Positions 26,331-40,700 of a DNA stretch of 64,000 nucleotides are shown in pieces. The first letter of the stretch is position 1, and each line of letters begins with the position of its first letter. Made by a program: the position numbers and the translations under genes. Below the pieces are notes generated by a model. It saw nothing but the letters and a program-made list of their open reading frames with translations. It had not been told where the DNA came from and did no database searches. This DNA is from Takakia lepidozioides (taxonomy: Eukaryota > Plantae > Bryophyta): the NCBI GenBank assembly GCA_030704615.1, contig CM060733.1, positions 2,170,001 through 2,234,000 on the forward strand. The letters run 5' to 3'.

Positions 26331-27216
26331 AGAACTTAATGCACTCGTGCCATCTGGGCTCCTGCGGAGTGGCCCCTGTCAAATCCTCCCCACCCCCTCT
26401 TACCCCAGTTCCACAATTAAACACTTAAGAATCTAGGAGGGTGTCATGTAGTGGCGAGTAGTGCTGATAGCAGTGCAAGCAGTGCAGGTGGCGAGGATAT
26501 CGGGTTCACCTCTTGATGGGAGGTTGCTGTAGTGTAACCGGGGATAATGGCACCCAGCCGGTGTAACCCCTGTAACCTTGGTGTCTTGTATGTAACTCTT
26601 CTCAGTCCATTTTATACTTAGTCAAATTTTACGACCAAGTGTGAGTTACACCGAGTGGAGTTACACAACAAACCATTGTGTAACCTAGTGTAACCCCAAG
26701 TGGAGTTACATTCCCCACCGTGTAACCCAGCGTAACCCTGGCTGGAGTTTAGACCAATTTTGGGAGGTTCTTTGATTCAGCTACAAACCCCCGGAGGTTA
26801 TCAAGAAGGTTATATGGATATATAACCATGGTTCTCAAAAAAACAAAGAACCGGCAAAGGCTCATGACTGCCGGTTACGTAGTTTTGAGATAACCTGCTT
26901 GAAAACCATCAAAGATCCGCCAAAGACCCGCTGGTTATTTGATGAAAACCGCCGGTTCTTTGAGGTTCTTACAATTAACCATAACCGGTAGTTCTTTCCA
27001 TAAAAAAACAAATGAAAAAACCGGAACCGGAGGTTCTTTGAACCTAAAATTTTGTGAAAACCGGAACCGGAGGTTATGTAAGAAATCAAATAACCGCCCA
27101 ACACGGGTTTAGACTCCTTCAGTTCCATGTCACTCTTAAGAGAGGGCGGGGAAGATTTAATATGCCGGAAACCGGCGTACCTTCCTGTCAGAGGTTACAC
27201 ATGTGCATTAAGTTCT
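26331..27216. mobile_element. Non-autonomous TIR element (TA-flanked MITE)
   Basis: Perfect inverted repeat gtaagaacttaatgcac (26328-26344) / gtgcattaagttcttac (27203-27219), with TA on both sides. Many internal gtgtaacc/gagttaca subterminal motifs. Confidence 0.8.
26755..27106. mobile_element. hAT-type MITE nested in the TA-flanked element
   Basis: 8-bp TSD GTTTAGAC at 26747-26754 and 27107-27114. Imperfect ~25-bp TIRs (caattttgggaggttctttgatt / aatcaaataaccgcccaacacgg). Interior is rich in aaccgg. Confidence 0.85.
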
Positions 27217-28437
27217 TACCTCATTTCTAGTATTCTCCATACACCACCCAAGAAGTGGAGAGAAGATGACACAAGTGGTTATTTTTAATTGTCATGGCCT
27301 CTCAATACTTGGTCTATTTTGTGCCTCATTTCTAATTTGGGGACTGATATCTCTTTATTGTATTACTTTTAAAGGGACAGCGACGGTTCAGTGACTATCA
27401 GAGGGGAAAAATAGCCCCCCGTTCATTTATGGGGCAGGAGATGTGCAAATCCCAGATTCCACCGCCCTAGACGCAATGTGGGCTACCATTTTTCCTTGGA
27501 GGGAGGGCAGGGTGTATTGCATTTATGCTCCCTTCAGCAAGACATTATAATTAGAAGAACGGTGCCATTTGCTGTCATCTCTATTCCTCGCCATAATCTT
27601 TGTCCAGGATCTTTGTCCAGGAGATGATGGAGTTTTGTATATGGAAGGGCAGCTGCTACCAGGGCCACACATGCCAAATACGTCCGCAGAATGCAGATCC
27701 TATAACGCGGGGCCTCGGCACGCAATGTTGGCAAACCTACTCGACGCATTGGGGGACGGCAAGGCAGTGTGGCCGCAGCCGTCCAGCAACATCGGTCTGC
27801 GTTCAGCTACTGTGCGTCCACCCAACGGGGCCTTTGCCCTGTGTGGCCAAGCTATGAGTGGGCCCTTCCGCCTTGAAACGGGTGAATGAGAGCGGTAAAC
27901 AGCGGAAGGGCCGAGTCAGATTCCCCCCACCTTCCCCACCCAACAAAAAAAAATTGTCGTCTTCCGAATTTTGTAAGGCCCTAGGTGTCCTAGGGGTACC
28001 GTCTCCTGCCGTCGACAACGTCCGTCTGCGAAGGTAACGATTTTGACAACGGAAATTCTTAGGCGGTTTTTTTACGAACGTCATGAACATTCCATGGGAA
28101 AGGAATAGTAACAGAATCTGGGACTCCTCACACTTTCCAAATCAGTGGGCCTGCACTGCTGCTCAACTTACACTGCCAGAGAGCAAGTGGCCTTACTTAC
28201 CGACGACCGTGGGCACCGCTACAAGTTGGAGGGTCCAAGCTTGCCGCAATCACCGACCTCATTTAATGTGTTATTTGACATTTGAACAGATGCTTTGCTG
28301 TGCTGCAATCATGGTTTCTGCTGACTTCTAACTTCCAAGTCAGGTCTGGCAGATCGACTCCCTGCGGGTTCACACGCTTCGCATTCAGCATAGCGAGAGA
28401 ATAAAACAAGCGCAGCGGCCATGTCGGGGAACTACTT

Positions 28438-28490
28438 GAGGCTCTTATTTACGCTAGCTTCGGCTGGCGTCATATATATATACCTATATA
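28438..28490 (+). mobile_element. 3' terminus shared with the Dualen-like LINE at 58986-62390
   Basis: gaggctcttatttacgctagcttcggctggcgtc(at)n matches 62331-62390 with one mismatch. Confidence 0.75.
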
Positions 28491-30617
28491 TTGCGCCGCG
28501 TCATTTACCAGCGCGTCGTGCAATAATAAACTGGGCTATTGATACAAAATGGCTCGCCCAATGTATTTGGGGGTAGTCACAGTTATCTATTTGGTCACTC
28601 TCCTGGATAAAGTACCTGTACAGTATATAGTATAGTCACAGTTATCTGTTTGTTAGGACATTTCTAATCCACCTTTTTCGCAGTTTCCTGTTCCGAATGC
28701 TGGCTAGCATGCAAAGGATGGGCTTTCATACCGTTGCGGGCAAGTGTCACCGTCGCAAAGTGAGAGGGAAAATCCCGACTCCAGTCTGTCAGATTCCCGC
28801 GTGCCAGGCGCACAGTTGGCGGCCTGCCAACACTCCATCAACTAGCTACCTAGCCTATCCTGCCCTGCCCATTCAAATTCATTGGGATTCAGGCACACGA
28901 ACATGACATCACGGAATTCTTCTTCCATCCCTCTGCCCTACCGGATTGTGGTAGTTCCAAAGTTCTAACAACCCTGGGAACTGTCAAACAAAAGTCATCA
29001 AGGATATTTACGAGTAACTTAATACTCAAATGAATCGAAGCTGAGCATCATCTCACAGGCACTCGTATTCAGAACATGGGTTAGAACTAGAGCCAGTTCT
29101 AGGGTTCTGACATATTTTGTACAACTTCCTTGAGCATTTCAATATCACCTGCCTGAAGTCATATCGTCCATCGATCACGTAACGGACCTCGAGTAATGCA
29201 GGAAATAGGATCACAATATGTAATGAACCTACAAAGAGGTAAAGGAAGGCATTTAGGGATTCACCTATCAAAACGTCAAACAAGCTCGTCACATGCTAAT
29301 AACATTTAACCCAAAGTCCACTGCCTTTTGTGGCAGATATGTGGAGCCGGTATGGAATCTCGACCACTGGTAGGTGAGAAGCTTATAAATGCTGGTCAGT
29401 GGACATACAGATGTAGGGTCCTTCTGGATCGAGATAGTCATGAGTGGGTGTCCGGGTCCCCCACCCTGGACCATCCTACGTCACATGCTGAGCGGACTCT
29501 GCTTCATGCTTTTGCCATGACACGAGTGTCCAATGTTAGAGTTCTGAGACATGGTTGACTCATCTCAATTCCACAGATGAAGTCAAATATTTCACAAAGA
29601 ATCAAGCTGCAATCTTTCCTCCCACAACATTCTTGTCAACCAAACAATTCCAAACAAGAACAGCTGCGGTATGGTTTGTGCATTGCTCAGGTTGTGAGAG
29701 TGCCAATCAAGCCATGCAGGATAAATTGTCAGCCCTTTTTGAAATCCACGCTCCACTCATGGTGGTGAAATCGACCAACTGCATGCAGAAAAATTTCAGC
29801 CATGAAGTTATGTTTGGTTGAATTCTGCGTACTGACCTGGTGACAACCATGAAAGCTTAGCAAGCCAAGTAGTCAAACTTAGGACCAAAATCTTAACTGA
29901 CATATTTCATTGCCTCTCTATCCACACCGAAGACCTCTAAATTGAGCAAAGAAACCTGAATTACAAAAGCTCACCCACACAACTACTCGTACTGCATGTG
30001 CTCATGTCCCACACGCAGCTGCAAGTTCCAAGCCACTCCTGTTACTTGTCAGTAAGTTTGTCAACAGATTATTGGATCTCTAGCAGAGTATGTACTATAA
30101 GAGGTTAATTGACATGAGCTTTTATTTCACAAATGCTGGAGATCGCACAAGGCAATGGAGGATGCATCTATATAGACAGCTACTAGACAAGTATGCTTAT
30201 TCAAGCAAAACTAGGGTATGTCTGGAAAATTGTCTGACCCTACTTAGGCATCACAACAAGATGAAATGGTATCGAAGGATGCTCCAGAATGCCACTGAAT
30301 CCAGAACTGTTGAATTGCACAGAGATCCACCAGATTTCACGCACAATCTAGCCTGAGGCTGACACTGCAAGGCTTTCAGTTTCTCTGGACAGAGGATTGT
30401 ACACTGGTGACAGTTTCTAGAACGGAAAGATGTGAGAGCCATGGCTGTTACGCCTCTCAGAGTATCTCCAAGTGATCAGAACCTGTTGCAGTCCACAGTC
30501 CATCATTGTCAATTATTCTTTGTTCTTCCCCAGCAGACAATTCTTAGTAAAACACCAAAGAGCTCTCTTCACATTCCAAGTTTTGAAATACCAACAGTAC
30601 ATGAAGGACAGCTTCAC

Positions 30618-33600
30618 TTACAGATTTCTGAACTTGGGGCTCACTCCAGAAAGTGTGGTAACCCTAGGACTCTGTTGGTTGATTTGTGATCTCTGGAAAA
30701 TCCTGATGGGAATATCACTATTGGCGGATACGGTGGAAAGATGAAACTGCCTCTTATCCTGTCAATCGAGCACATTCCTGCTTTATATCTTGATCCAGTT
30801 AATCTCTCAAGTCACAAATAGAGAATGTCTAGGCAGAAAGGCACTTCCTTGGTAGGAAATGGAACAGAGCAGAGAAGGTGTTTGAACTCACCCCTACTCG
30901 TGGTTATTTCATGAACAGCTTCTTTAGTATTCACCTCATCCTCTACACCCTGAGCTTTTGCATCCCCCTGGTCCTCAGCTTCCTGCTACATCATCCAACC
31001 ACGATTTAAAATTACGAGAAAACATGGCACTAAAATATTGCCCTTCAGGATGATGAGCAATTGTAAAACCTGAGAGCTGGACATGCTCACCAAAATGTGA
31101 CCTAGATATCAGTTGTGCAAGGTAAAGAGGTAACTATACCTTCATGGCTACGTTGTAAGGAAGGACGGGACTCTCTTCATATTCCGCAGCATCCAGCTCC
31201 TGCAGATGTTGGGATTTGAAGAACCGAGGAAGAATGTACTGCCGGACCGGTACTAGAAACATGATCAATACAGGGAACAGAACACCAGCTATTGGAACCC
31301 AGGTGATGCCAAAGCAAGCCAGCAGGTACACCAACTGGAATAATGTGAAGGCAGCCATGACCTTGAAGGGCACAGTCCCCACAAAGGAGGCATGATTGCC
31401 TTCCAAAACCCTGCGGAGAAGCAAGGTAGCTGACTCAATATCCTTTTCCGCATTTCAGTACATCTAAAGTTGTCTGTTTTCATTTATGAGCACCAGTTGA
31501 ATAGAACCAAGGCATTGACTAAAAATTTACTTGCCAAACCCAGAACAAAACCACTTCCAGACTTCAAAAGCAGGTGGCGTTTTCCATACTCCAGATTGGT
31601 ACCAAGGGCAGTTTAATGTAAGTGTAAAAGTCATTCATGAAACCTCTGTCAAAATTCAAACGTCCCACACATACTTGTATGTGCGACTGGAGGGTGTGAC
31701 GAGGAGACAAAGCCTCTCCCAGAACTGGTTTCCAGGTAAACTCTCGATGGCCATGAAGGCAAAGTAGCCCCAAAGTACTGCTGTGGGAATCTTCTTTAGT
31801 ATGGGCATGGCACCAACACAAGCTCCAACCAGCATTGACTGCATCAAGTTGCTCAAGCGTTGCTCCTTCACTTCTATTGGAAGGAGGCGATCCACATCTT
31901 TCTCAGGGTCAAACACACTTTCATCCACTGGAACATCTGGGTTACCAATGGTCACACTAGGAACAAAGCTGGGTTGCAGCTCCTTCCAAGCCTAAAAGGG
32001 AACAAGTAAGCAAATCAGTTCGTCCCACAATGCAAGAAATCACATATCATAGAACCTCAAATGACAATAAAAATGTAAAACATGTTTACCATTGCTAGCA
32101 AAGATATTCCCATGTACAGTTCAGTGTTCAAAACTAAGTGCCTCTGCCAGTCACGCCTCTCGAGACGATAATATCTCTCTAACTCGTCATAAACTGGGCA
32201 GGAGAAGAACATATGGTGTCCTGTGTTCACTGTCAACTTATTGCAGGGTGCAGGTTGGTAAATCCCATCCTAAGGCAGAGACGAAAGAGAGAAACACATT
32301 TATGTCCACGGTAGGTACTGAGGGCCTAGCCTTGTATTTCCACCATGAGATCATTGTCATCCTCCTATGCACTACCTCCAAGGAACAGTTCACAATTGGA
32401 CAGTTCAAAGACCAGGGGCAACTCCCTGTAGGTTATCACTCCTGAGCTCCTCTTGCATCCCACCTCACGCAAGGACAGCTACTGCAATTTTGTGCCAATG
32501 AGCACATCTGCTCTGATGGAAAATAGCCCAGCTATGTCAGAACATACCCGAGGGAGTGCTGGGAAAGCAAGGGGCGACTCTGTTTGCCGGTATTGATCTT
32601 GCAGATTAGCGTAGAGCTGTGTTAAGGTCACTTGTTGCTTGATGCTGTTCCTTGCTGACTTCACCAGTTTTTGGCGCACTAGCTGTGGAAAAAACTAAAA
32701 GATCAGCATGCATTGATCTTTCAAGTGGCCATGGTGAGTCTGTGGTCATTACTTCCACGAAAGGATTGATTCTCCGTCTTAGCTACAGTGCTAACTCCCC
32801 ACAAGATAGAAACTCAACCCCGTCAGTAAAGATGACATGACATGAAACGGTACTTTATAATGTCCGCGGGAAGCTCAAAGAGCTTATGGGACAAGAGGAA
32901 ATGAAATGAAATGAAATGGTACTTAGGGGACAAGAGGAAGAAAGAAACAAGAAAGAAAGAGGGCCACAAACAGCCCAAAAGCAACTAAAGCTCAAGATGC
33001 GCAGGAAAGCTAATGATAGTTCCAGCAGCATCAGCAAGACCCCTCAGCAAGAGATGCCATAAGGCTAAAACTGCCAATCCTTCTGTGATCCTACTTTTAA
33101 GTCGAGTTCCTGAAGTTATAAGACAGTCTCCAGTAGTCAGAGAGTACTTGAAAGCGAATCAAGTCATTGCCATTAGGTGATCTTCAATTATTTCCAACCA
33201 CCAATCAAGCATTAGAACATTATTCGGCACATAAAGCAACTAGTCAAGGCATCTGAAAGGGAACAGATGTCAGCAATGGAAGGTGTAAGGTTACCTCTTT
33301 CTTCAAAGTTGCAAGGCTCTTCGTGTGCATGGGTGACTGCGGGATAACTCCATGAGATGGTGGGATGCCAAGAAGCCCACACATGAGAACCTGCGGGGTC
33401 ATTGTGTACCATTTGGTAAACCATTATGAGGACTCTCCAAGCAACATCCAGATCAACTTTTGTGTTAGCTCGTGAAGAATGTTTCTTCTATGGAAATGCA
33501 TCGCATAGTATTTCTTACTAAAGCAAGACAATTTCTTTTCTACAAGCTCACAACCATCTTATACTAACAATTTAAAAATGCCACAGCAGTCTCTACCCTG

Positions 33601-36600
33601 CTAACATCAAACACCTACACTCAGTGCAAGGTTCCCCCAGCAGTAATTGCGCCTGCAGCCTACATATCCAGGCTAGTATCCCGTCAATTCCTTGGCTTGT
33701 GAATTGCAGGCTTTCCACTCTGCATCTCTTACAGCATTTTGGAGAACGAAAACAAACAAACAAAGAATTCCTTCCCCTTTGTTCCCCAGCTACTTCATTG
33801 TCATCTTCCAAAGAAACATGGTTGCTAAGATGAATCTCTCAACACCAGGCATCTTCGTAGCTGGCATTTCAGTATAGCAGTAACTTGCCTAAGCTAGGAG
33901 AAAGCAGAAATGAAATGAAATGAAATGAAATGGTGCTTTATAACGTCCGCGGAAAGCTCATAGATCTTATGGGACAAAATGGAAGAAAACATGAGAGAGG
34001 AAAGAAAACCAGAGCCAAAAATAAGAACTATTGCTCAAGTGATTGTCTAAGGGTGAAGGCCTCGTGCAAATAAGCTGCCAAGCATTTCTGATCCTCATAG
34101 TGGAAGACTTCAGTGAGAGATGGGGTTCTGCGGAATAGACAGAGGAATCTCCCACGGATCTCATAGTATAGAGGGCAGTAGAAGAAGAAGTGTTCTTCAG
34201 TTTCAATTTCAGAGAAAGAGAGGGGACCATTGCACCCAGCAGTAGCAAGTCGTAATGGAAGGAGGATGGTTTGCGAAGGTTGAATTCCTTCTGTTGCGCC
34301 AACTGGGCAGAGACACTGTGATCGAAGTAGTATAGCACAGCTATCATTGTAGCTGGAACAACTGCTGCTAGGATGTACAGCGCTGGGACTTCGTACATAG
34401 TCTGCAAGCACACATCCCCAGAGAGTACAGAGTCAACACAGGGCGGCCTCACAACATCTATTTTCTTGGGATAGGGTGGAGGTAGCTGACATTATAATCC
34501 TTGCAAGAAATACTGGAGACTTGACAGAACAGCAACCTGTCAACGGATGATAAGCATGCAAGAGTATTACCGAACCAGAAAAGCCCTGGATTCCTTTGAA
34601 GTTCATCCCTTGATTTCCTCTCAAGCAGCTACCATCGTTCCTTAGAAAACCGATGCAATTTCAGAATTTGGTCTGGGGCATCATGCATAATCAGACTAGG
34701 GAGCTTTACCGTGATGATTGTCCAGTTCCCTTTTGCAGCAGAAGACCATGGGTTAGGGCTAAATAATCGTCTTGGAATGCCATGGGGTACAGACCCATAG
34801 GGTGAGTATGATATTCCTGTCCAGACAAGCACCAGCAGGGGTACTCCATAATCCGCAATTAAGCCCCGCTGCCAACCTACGAGGGACATAAAACATTAGC
34901 CCTCTAATCGCCTTCTAGTTGGGCAGACCTTGACATTTGGAGGCATTGCCCATGACACTTGCACCAACTCAGTAACCCTCATGTGATGAGTACCAAAAAA
35001 ACTGTGGAAGAAAATTGCAAACTCCCAAAGCTGCAATTAAACATGTAGAACATCACAAACATGTAAGAACATCACAAACCTGTGCAACTACAGCATAACG
35101 TCTCCCCTAACAGGTGAACTGGTAGTAACCTCCACTACAGCCTGCATTTGTCTGGAAATCTGCTTTTAAGAGAGGAGTAAAGTGCTGATAACCTCGCAGA
35201 AATTTTTTTCATGCAGATGGAGTGTTTATACTATCGGGTAATTGAATGACATATAAGAAGACAAGCTTCTTATTCTCTGAAATGAGATGATCCATAAACT
35301 TTGTATAAAACTCCTGGAGGAAGGATGTACCTGCCCCATAGCGCCACAACCTCGCAGTCCGGCTTCTTAAGGCTGTCCAAAGGAGCCCAAATGTGAGAAC
35401 CAGTCCAAACATTCCATTGCCAAAGCGCCATGCAGGCTGAAATTCTTCAAGTGCTGAGTTCTCCCGTTTTGGTATGCGGAATTCATAAATAGCGCCCTGT
35501 AGATGTTTCAACTTATGAGGTCCTTTGATGAGCCTTCCCTTTAATAATGACATTAGCCATTAGAGACATCAGAGTTGCACCATGTCAGGTTTCCACTTAC
35601 TCCACAGATTGAGAGAAATTTTGGATTGAAGCCAGAATGGGCAGATAACTACTATCAGGCGCATGGGGGATTTTGTATCATCATTGTTCTACAACACTCA
35701 TAATGTAAATAAGACTCAAATTTAGTGCCACGACAGACACAGAGAACAACCCTGGCAAGACGTCAGTAGAGAAAAGCAAAAACTATGGTGCTAGGGAACA
35801 ATGACATGTGAGAGTAATCACCTCACATAACAGCACTGAAACTGTTTCACAATAAAACACTGCAAGGGCACTATTCTCCTCTCAAATCTTCAGGCGTATT
35901 CCGTATTGAACCTTCCTGATTGCTGAGAGAGTGCTTCTAGGCATGGTTGCCAAAACTTCTACTAATGGACCTCAAAGCACTCGAGCAGGACTTTCAAAAG
36001 TTTGGCAAGTCAATGCTTCATCAAATTCTCAGCAGTAAGGTTGTGCCAAGCAAACCTGTGAGAAACTCAAAAGGAGAACCACATTTAGTAGCAAACTGTC
36101 AGTGCAACGATTAGTCTCGTTGCTGCCTAAGAGGTTTGGCCATCATACATATGGATGTCGAGCAAATTGATACCTTGATTGCCTGCTGCGCAAAAAGCAC
36201 CGCAATAAGCAAACCAAAGAGCTCCCCAGCCATTCTGGTGAATCGGTTGATGAAAGAACAGGCACCCAGCATTGACAGGATGAACAACAAAACAGCCGAC
36301 CACAAACACACCCTGAATTCACAGATAGAATATTTTCAATTGGGGTTGAACAACTGCAACTTCGGACTACATGAGAACTTGTTTCATTACTGAGCATGAT
36401 TATTTGACATGATAAGCTAAGTGCCAGCATTCAGATCTAGCAGTCCACAGCCTTAACAGTCAAGCCGCCCTTGACCAGGGCAAAAACATACAGTGCAAAC
36501 AAACCATTGAAGAATCTCAATTTTCGAATAAGGGCCCTTTCCAGTGGAGTAAAGAAAGTACCATGCTGTCCAAGCCAGAAAGAGCTCAGGTCCCAGCTGA

Positions 36601-37729
36601 TTCCTGCTCTTAGCAAAGTTGTACATGAAGGTATACATTATGGAAGTAGGTTCTGAAACTCCAACAATCAGCAGTGGCTGGCCTCCAATAACGGACTGAA
36701 TGATACCACACACTGCTGTGGATATCAGCGTGTGCACTGCTGTGACGAGTCCATCTGTTCAGACAGCAACAAAAGCAATTCAGCAATCTGAACCAATGGC
36801 ATAACTTTGACAGGTCTGTCTCCTTAAATGACAGAGCTAGGGAATCATTGTACCTTGCTCATACAGAGTTTATATAATCCTTGTGATAAGGAGAAAGGAC
36901 TGCTACTCCTGACAATACACAATATGAACAACCTAATAGAGAGGTGGAGAATAACAAGGGAACAAACACATCAGCCACCAAAACATCTAGATAAACCCTA
37001 GAGCTGCAAATTCTGAACAGTTGAAAGATAGTCACGCATCACATCATACTTACAGGCTTCAAGTGCATACAGGGGAATTTTCAATCGCCAATTATTTACA
37101 ATTTGTAGTGCTCCCTCTCCTATCAACCAGAAATACGGGAGACACTTACTTGTATCCCTGTCAAGCTGCTCACCAAATGCGATCACCGGAAGCGCTGAAG
37201 CAAAAAAGATATACAATGTAGGGGCCAAGATTCTGCAGTTACCAGCACCAAGCAGGGCAGTTAGCGAAATGAGAGCCCAGTAGCCATAGGGCTTAACATT
37301 GACACGCTGCATTCCAGCAAGGTTATAATGTAGGGAATTGCAAATATGGCATCCTCCACCAAAGCCTCACAAGCAAACAGTCATTAAATACCATGACACT
37401 GTACCAGTCCACAAGCACTAAGAACCACAAAACACCAGTTTCTCATGTGCATGCATCCAGATGCCATCTCCCAACTTCAACTTATGTTGGCCCCCTCACT
37501 GTCAGCATATGTGCCGAGTTCATGCAGATTAGTCTCGCTGAACCAGAGCAGACAAGTGTTCATTTTCCCCTAGCAGCCTACTAGCAAACAGAGTAAGAGA
37601 TGCTGGAAGGCAGAGAACTCAGGACCTGTAGCCAGAGTTGAAGCCACCGATCCAGTCATGCTTGTAAAGTGGAAGACGGCCAAAAATATCTTTCTTGATG
37701 CCCTTAAATGGCAGGAAAGTCTCCTCCAT
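30618..37729 (-). CDS. BOR: Boron transporter (BOR1-like, HCO3- cotransporter/SLC4 family), about 13 coding exons
   Basis: Approximate exons: 37729-37626 [14 protein letters not shown]; 37233-37150 [23 protein letters not shown]; 36755-36561 [15 protein letters not shown]; 36313-36174; 35498-35331; 34877-34710; 34402-34228 [19 protein letters not shown]; 33391-33294 [19 protein letters not shown]; 32683-32547; 31992-31674 [11 protein letters not shown]; 31411-31140; 30983-~30845; ~30746-30618 QSPRV...RNL*. Boundaries fit GT-AG and no stops were seen. Confidence 0.95.
32845..33040 (-). mobile_element. Second short copy of the same (CATTT)n-tailed element in a BOR intron
   Basis: tttataatgtccgcgggaagctcaaagagcttatgggacaa matches 33937-33980, and gaaat repeats are present. 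Confidence 0.65.
33908..34225 (-). mobile_element. 5'-truncated RTE/RTEX-like LINE 3' end in a BOR intron
   Basis: [20 protein letters not shown]...LEQ* is typical of a LINE ORF2 C-terminal zinc motif, followed by a 3'UTR and a (CATTT)n tail. Confidence 0.7.
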
Positions 37730-40700
37730 CTTTAATGATATACTCAGCATGGAAAGGGTCATGAAACTTGAAGGACGTGAAGACAAACTGAGAAGGGAGG
37801 ATACCTTCCTTTGCAACTAAGCCAACAAAATTGGTTTCAATGATCAACTAGTCTCCCGCACCAAATTAACTGTGCAGTTCATTAGTGAGTTGAAAAAGAA
37901 GATATCGGGAAGATCGACTCAAAGATACGCTTTAAGTATGATCACATGCAAAAGGGACAGACAGATGCTGATGCAGCTTCAGCCTGCTCATTGCTTTAAC
38001 GCTCCGTAACTCAAGGAGATAGATACTTTCAAGTGATTCTGTGTTTGTAGCCGGTAAAATGCACCGCTTTCAGAAAACAAGATAGAGAACTACAACTTTA
38101 TTGTTACAGCCGACAAAATGTGAGTGGCATGCAACTCCCCAAGACACTAGATTCTGACCCTACCATATCTATGCACGACTAACGAACTTGAAATGAGATG
38201 GAAATGAGATATAGGCAATAATGCCCTTTCAAATGCTTAATACGTACATAGGTACATTGTAACATGAAGGATAACGGTCGATACTGAACAGAGCGACACA
38301 GAGGAAATGAAGAATTTTACTCTAAAAAAGACAGCTCTTCAGAAAAGTTCAGAAGCAATCTTGGAAAGCCTTATAATGATCATAAGTTCAATCTTGACTA
38401 TCTAGAAACTGGGAGTCCAATGTACCACACTCCTAATGTAAGAAAGGAAATACAACAATTGAATGCAACTGTTGATTCAACCATCAATAGTAAGAAGTGG
38501 GATGATTTCTCACTTCCGTATAATTAATATCGTAAAGTACAACAAGAGGAAAGATAGAGTAATCTTCCCTGTGGCAGCCTAAAAGACACGGCCGAGCGTG
38601 GCAAATTCATTGTGCAGATGGTATAATTAACCGATGCGCCAACATACAGCTCAATCCTACGTTCAATGCAGCACTGCTCACTCGTCCTCACGCATCTGCG
38701 CGGACAACCGAGAGCGCGAGCTGGCCTTTGACGGTAGCACGTTGTCGATTGGAGGAAGAAGCTGAGGTGTGAGCTCCGTTCAGCGGTCACTCACGATGGC
38801 AGGAAGGCATCCAACAGACGGCCAGGCTCAGTGTACGCCTCCCGTAGCAGGGGAAGGTCGGTTCCCAAACACACGTTTCTTTTCCATCCGCGTACCTCCA
38901 AACGCCCAGACAGAGAAAACTGATTTTTCATCTGCAAAGACGACTCCTCATTCATTGACAGCACTTTTCATTCAGGTTGCCCACAGCTCGAAATAGTCTG
39001 TTAATTTTTGCCACGTGGCGAAAATGTGACACATGGCATTTTTCGTCGTTCTTTCAGGGTATATCCCTGATCTCATCCACCGTCCTTTATCTGTTTCTTT
39101 TTCTCGAAGGAAACCCCTGACCACTGACTGAGTCACAAGTCACAACTCAATTAGGCCCTAAATTAGTGAGAGGAGATAATTCATCCTTATATATATATTT
39201 TTGAAGCCACGAGCTACCGATCGTCAGCGTCGGGAAAATATCTGTTGAACCTCAAAAATATAAAAAGCAGGAGAATGACACGTCGGGAGCTTTTTGAGTC
39301 AGTTCGTCAGGGCTGGGCCACGGTTGTTTCCGACAAGGCCACTTTCAGTTATTTCACAGATACGATGCTGTGGCCCCACTCTTCCTTCAACTTACAAAGA
39401 ATAATGTTACTAGATTCCTAGAAATGGGTTTTGGCACGGCGTTGTCGAAGATTGAAACGCCGTCTTCGGGAACGAGTGAAGCTCGGGTATGGAAAGGGGG
39501 GCATCTTCCTGCATCACACCCGCAATTCGCGCATGCATAACAGATCAGCGACCTGCTGACCAGTCGCGTGGTGCACCATCTTCTTCAGATACGTTTTACT
39601 ACTTCCCAGGAGGAGATGGCGACGACGTCGGTGATGACTCCTCCAAGGACCGCACAAAGTCCTCAAAGTCGTCCTCTCCCTGGGCTCTCCTTCCAAGATG
39701 CTTTATAAAAGAGATGAACAGTATGTAGCTAGTCGTGGGCAATGATCCGTCTGGAGACAGAAGATGTTGCAGAGTTGAACTAAAAGTAGCTGTGTAGCCA
39801 CAGTCTGGCAAGTTAGTTACAAGATGCTTCTGACTAAGCACGGTATGACAGATTATCCTATTCAGCTGTGGATGGCTGGATTAGCGTACAACCGTTTCAC
39901 AAATAAAGTGGCGGTACAACACCCGGAAGTGGGTCCATGGAGTGATGGGTGGAGACTGGAGACAGGAAGAACAACGGACGTAGAATGATGCTATCATCGG
40001 TTTTAGCAAGTTGCATGGTGAGAGTTCACCGCCAAGTTTGCAAGTTCAGTGTACAAACAATTGCTGGCCACTTGTGCAGCGATGGCAGTTACAGGCCGCC
40101 ATCGGCAGTGACGACATCTTGTACAATGCACTATACCAAATTTTGAGCTGAAAACCCTAGGCTCTAGGGATAGGAAAACCAAACGTTTAGGTGAATGATA
40201 TCAAATTTATCTGAACAAATTATGGCCTACCGCTGAGGCAAGTTTACCCAAGGAATACATTATATTTCGGGAAAATATGTTATATTTGGGTGTAAAGATA
40301 CAAAGATAGTACACCTTACTTCTCCAAAGATTTGTCCACATAATAAGGATACCGTTAAGAACCTCATCATTTTTTTCCTTTGTAGTTTGAATACGCCTAT
40401 CTAGATAAATTTTAGGGGAAGTACATTATATTTTGGGGACTATGTTATACCAAAAATAATAATGTAGTCTCCCAATATAATGTACTCCCCCATTTTTCTT
40501 TATATTTTCATCTTTCTAGACCATTTCTCTTTTCGTTGTGATCGTATTTCTTTGTGAAGATCAGTGGCAACTGAGTAACTAGACCTTCGTTATTTTGTTT
40601 TAAAAAATATAAGTGGGTAATAGATATTTAGGAAGCTTGAAAATAAGCAATCACATGCTAGTTATTTACTGAAATTTGAATCCAGTAGACCTGCCACCAT

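Noticed and set aside
37942-37947. AUG-UGA minimal uORF upstream of BOR (boron-sensing AUG-stop type)
   Set aside because: A 6-mer of this kind is expected by chance within ~1 kb, and I cannot tell whether it is exonic.
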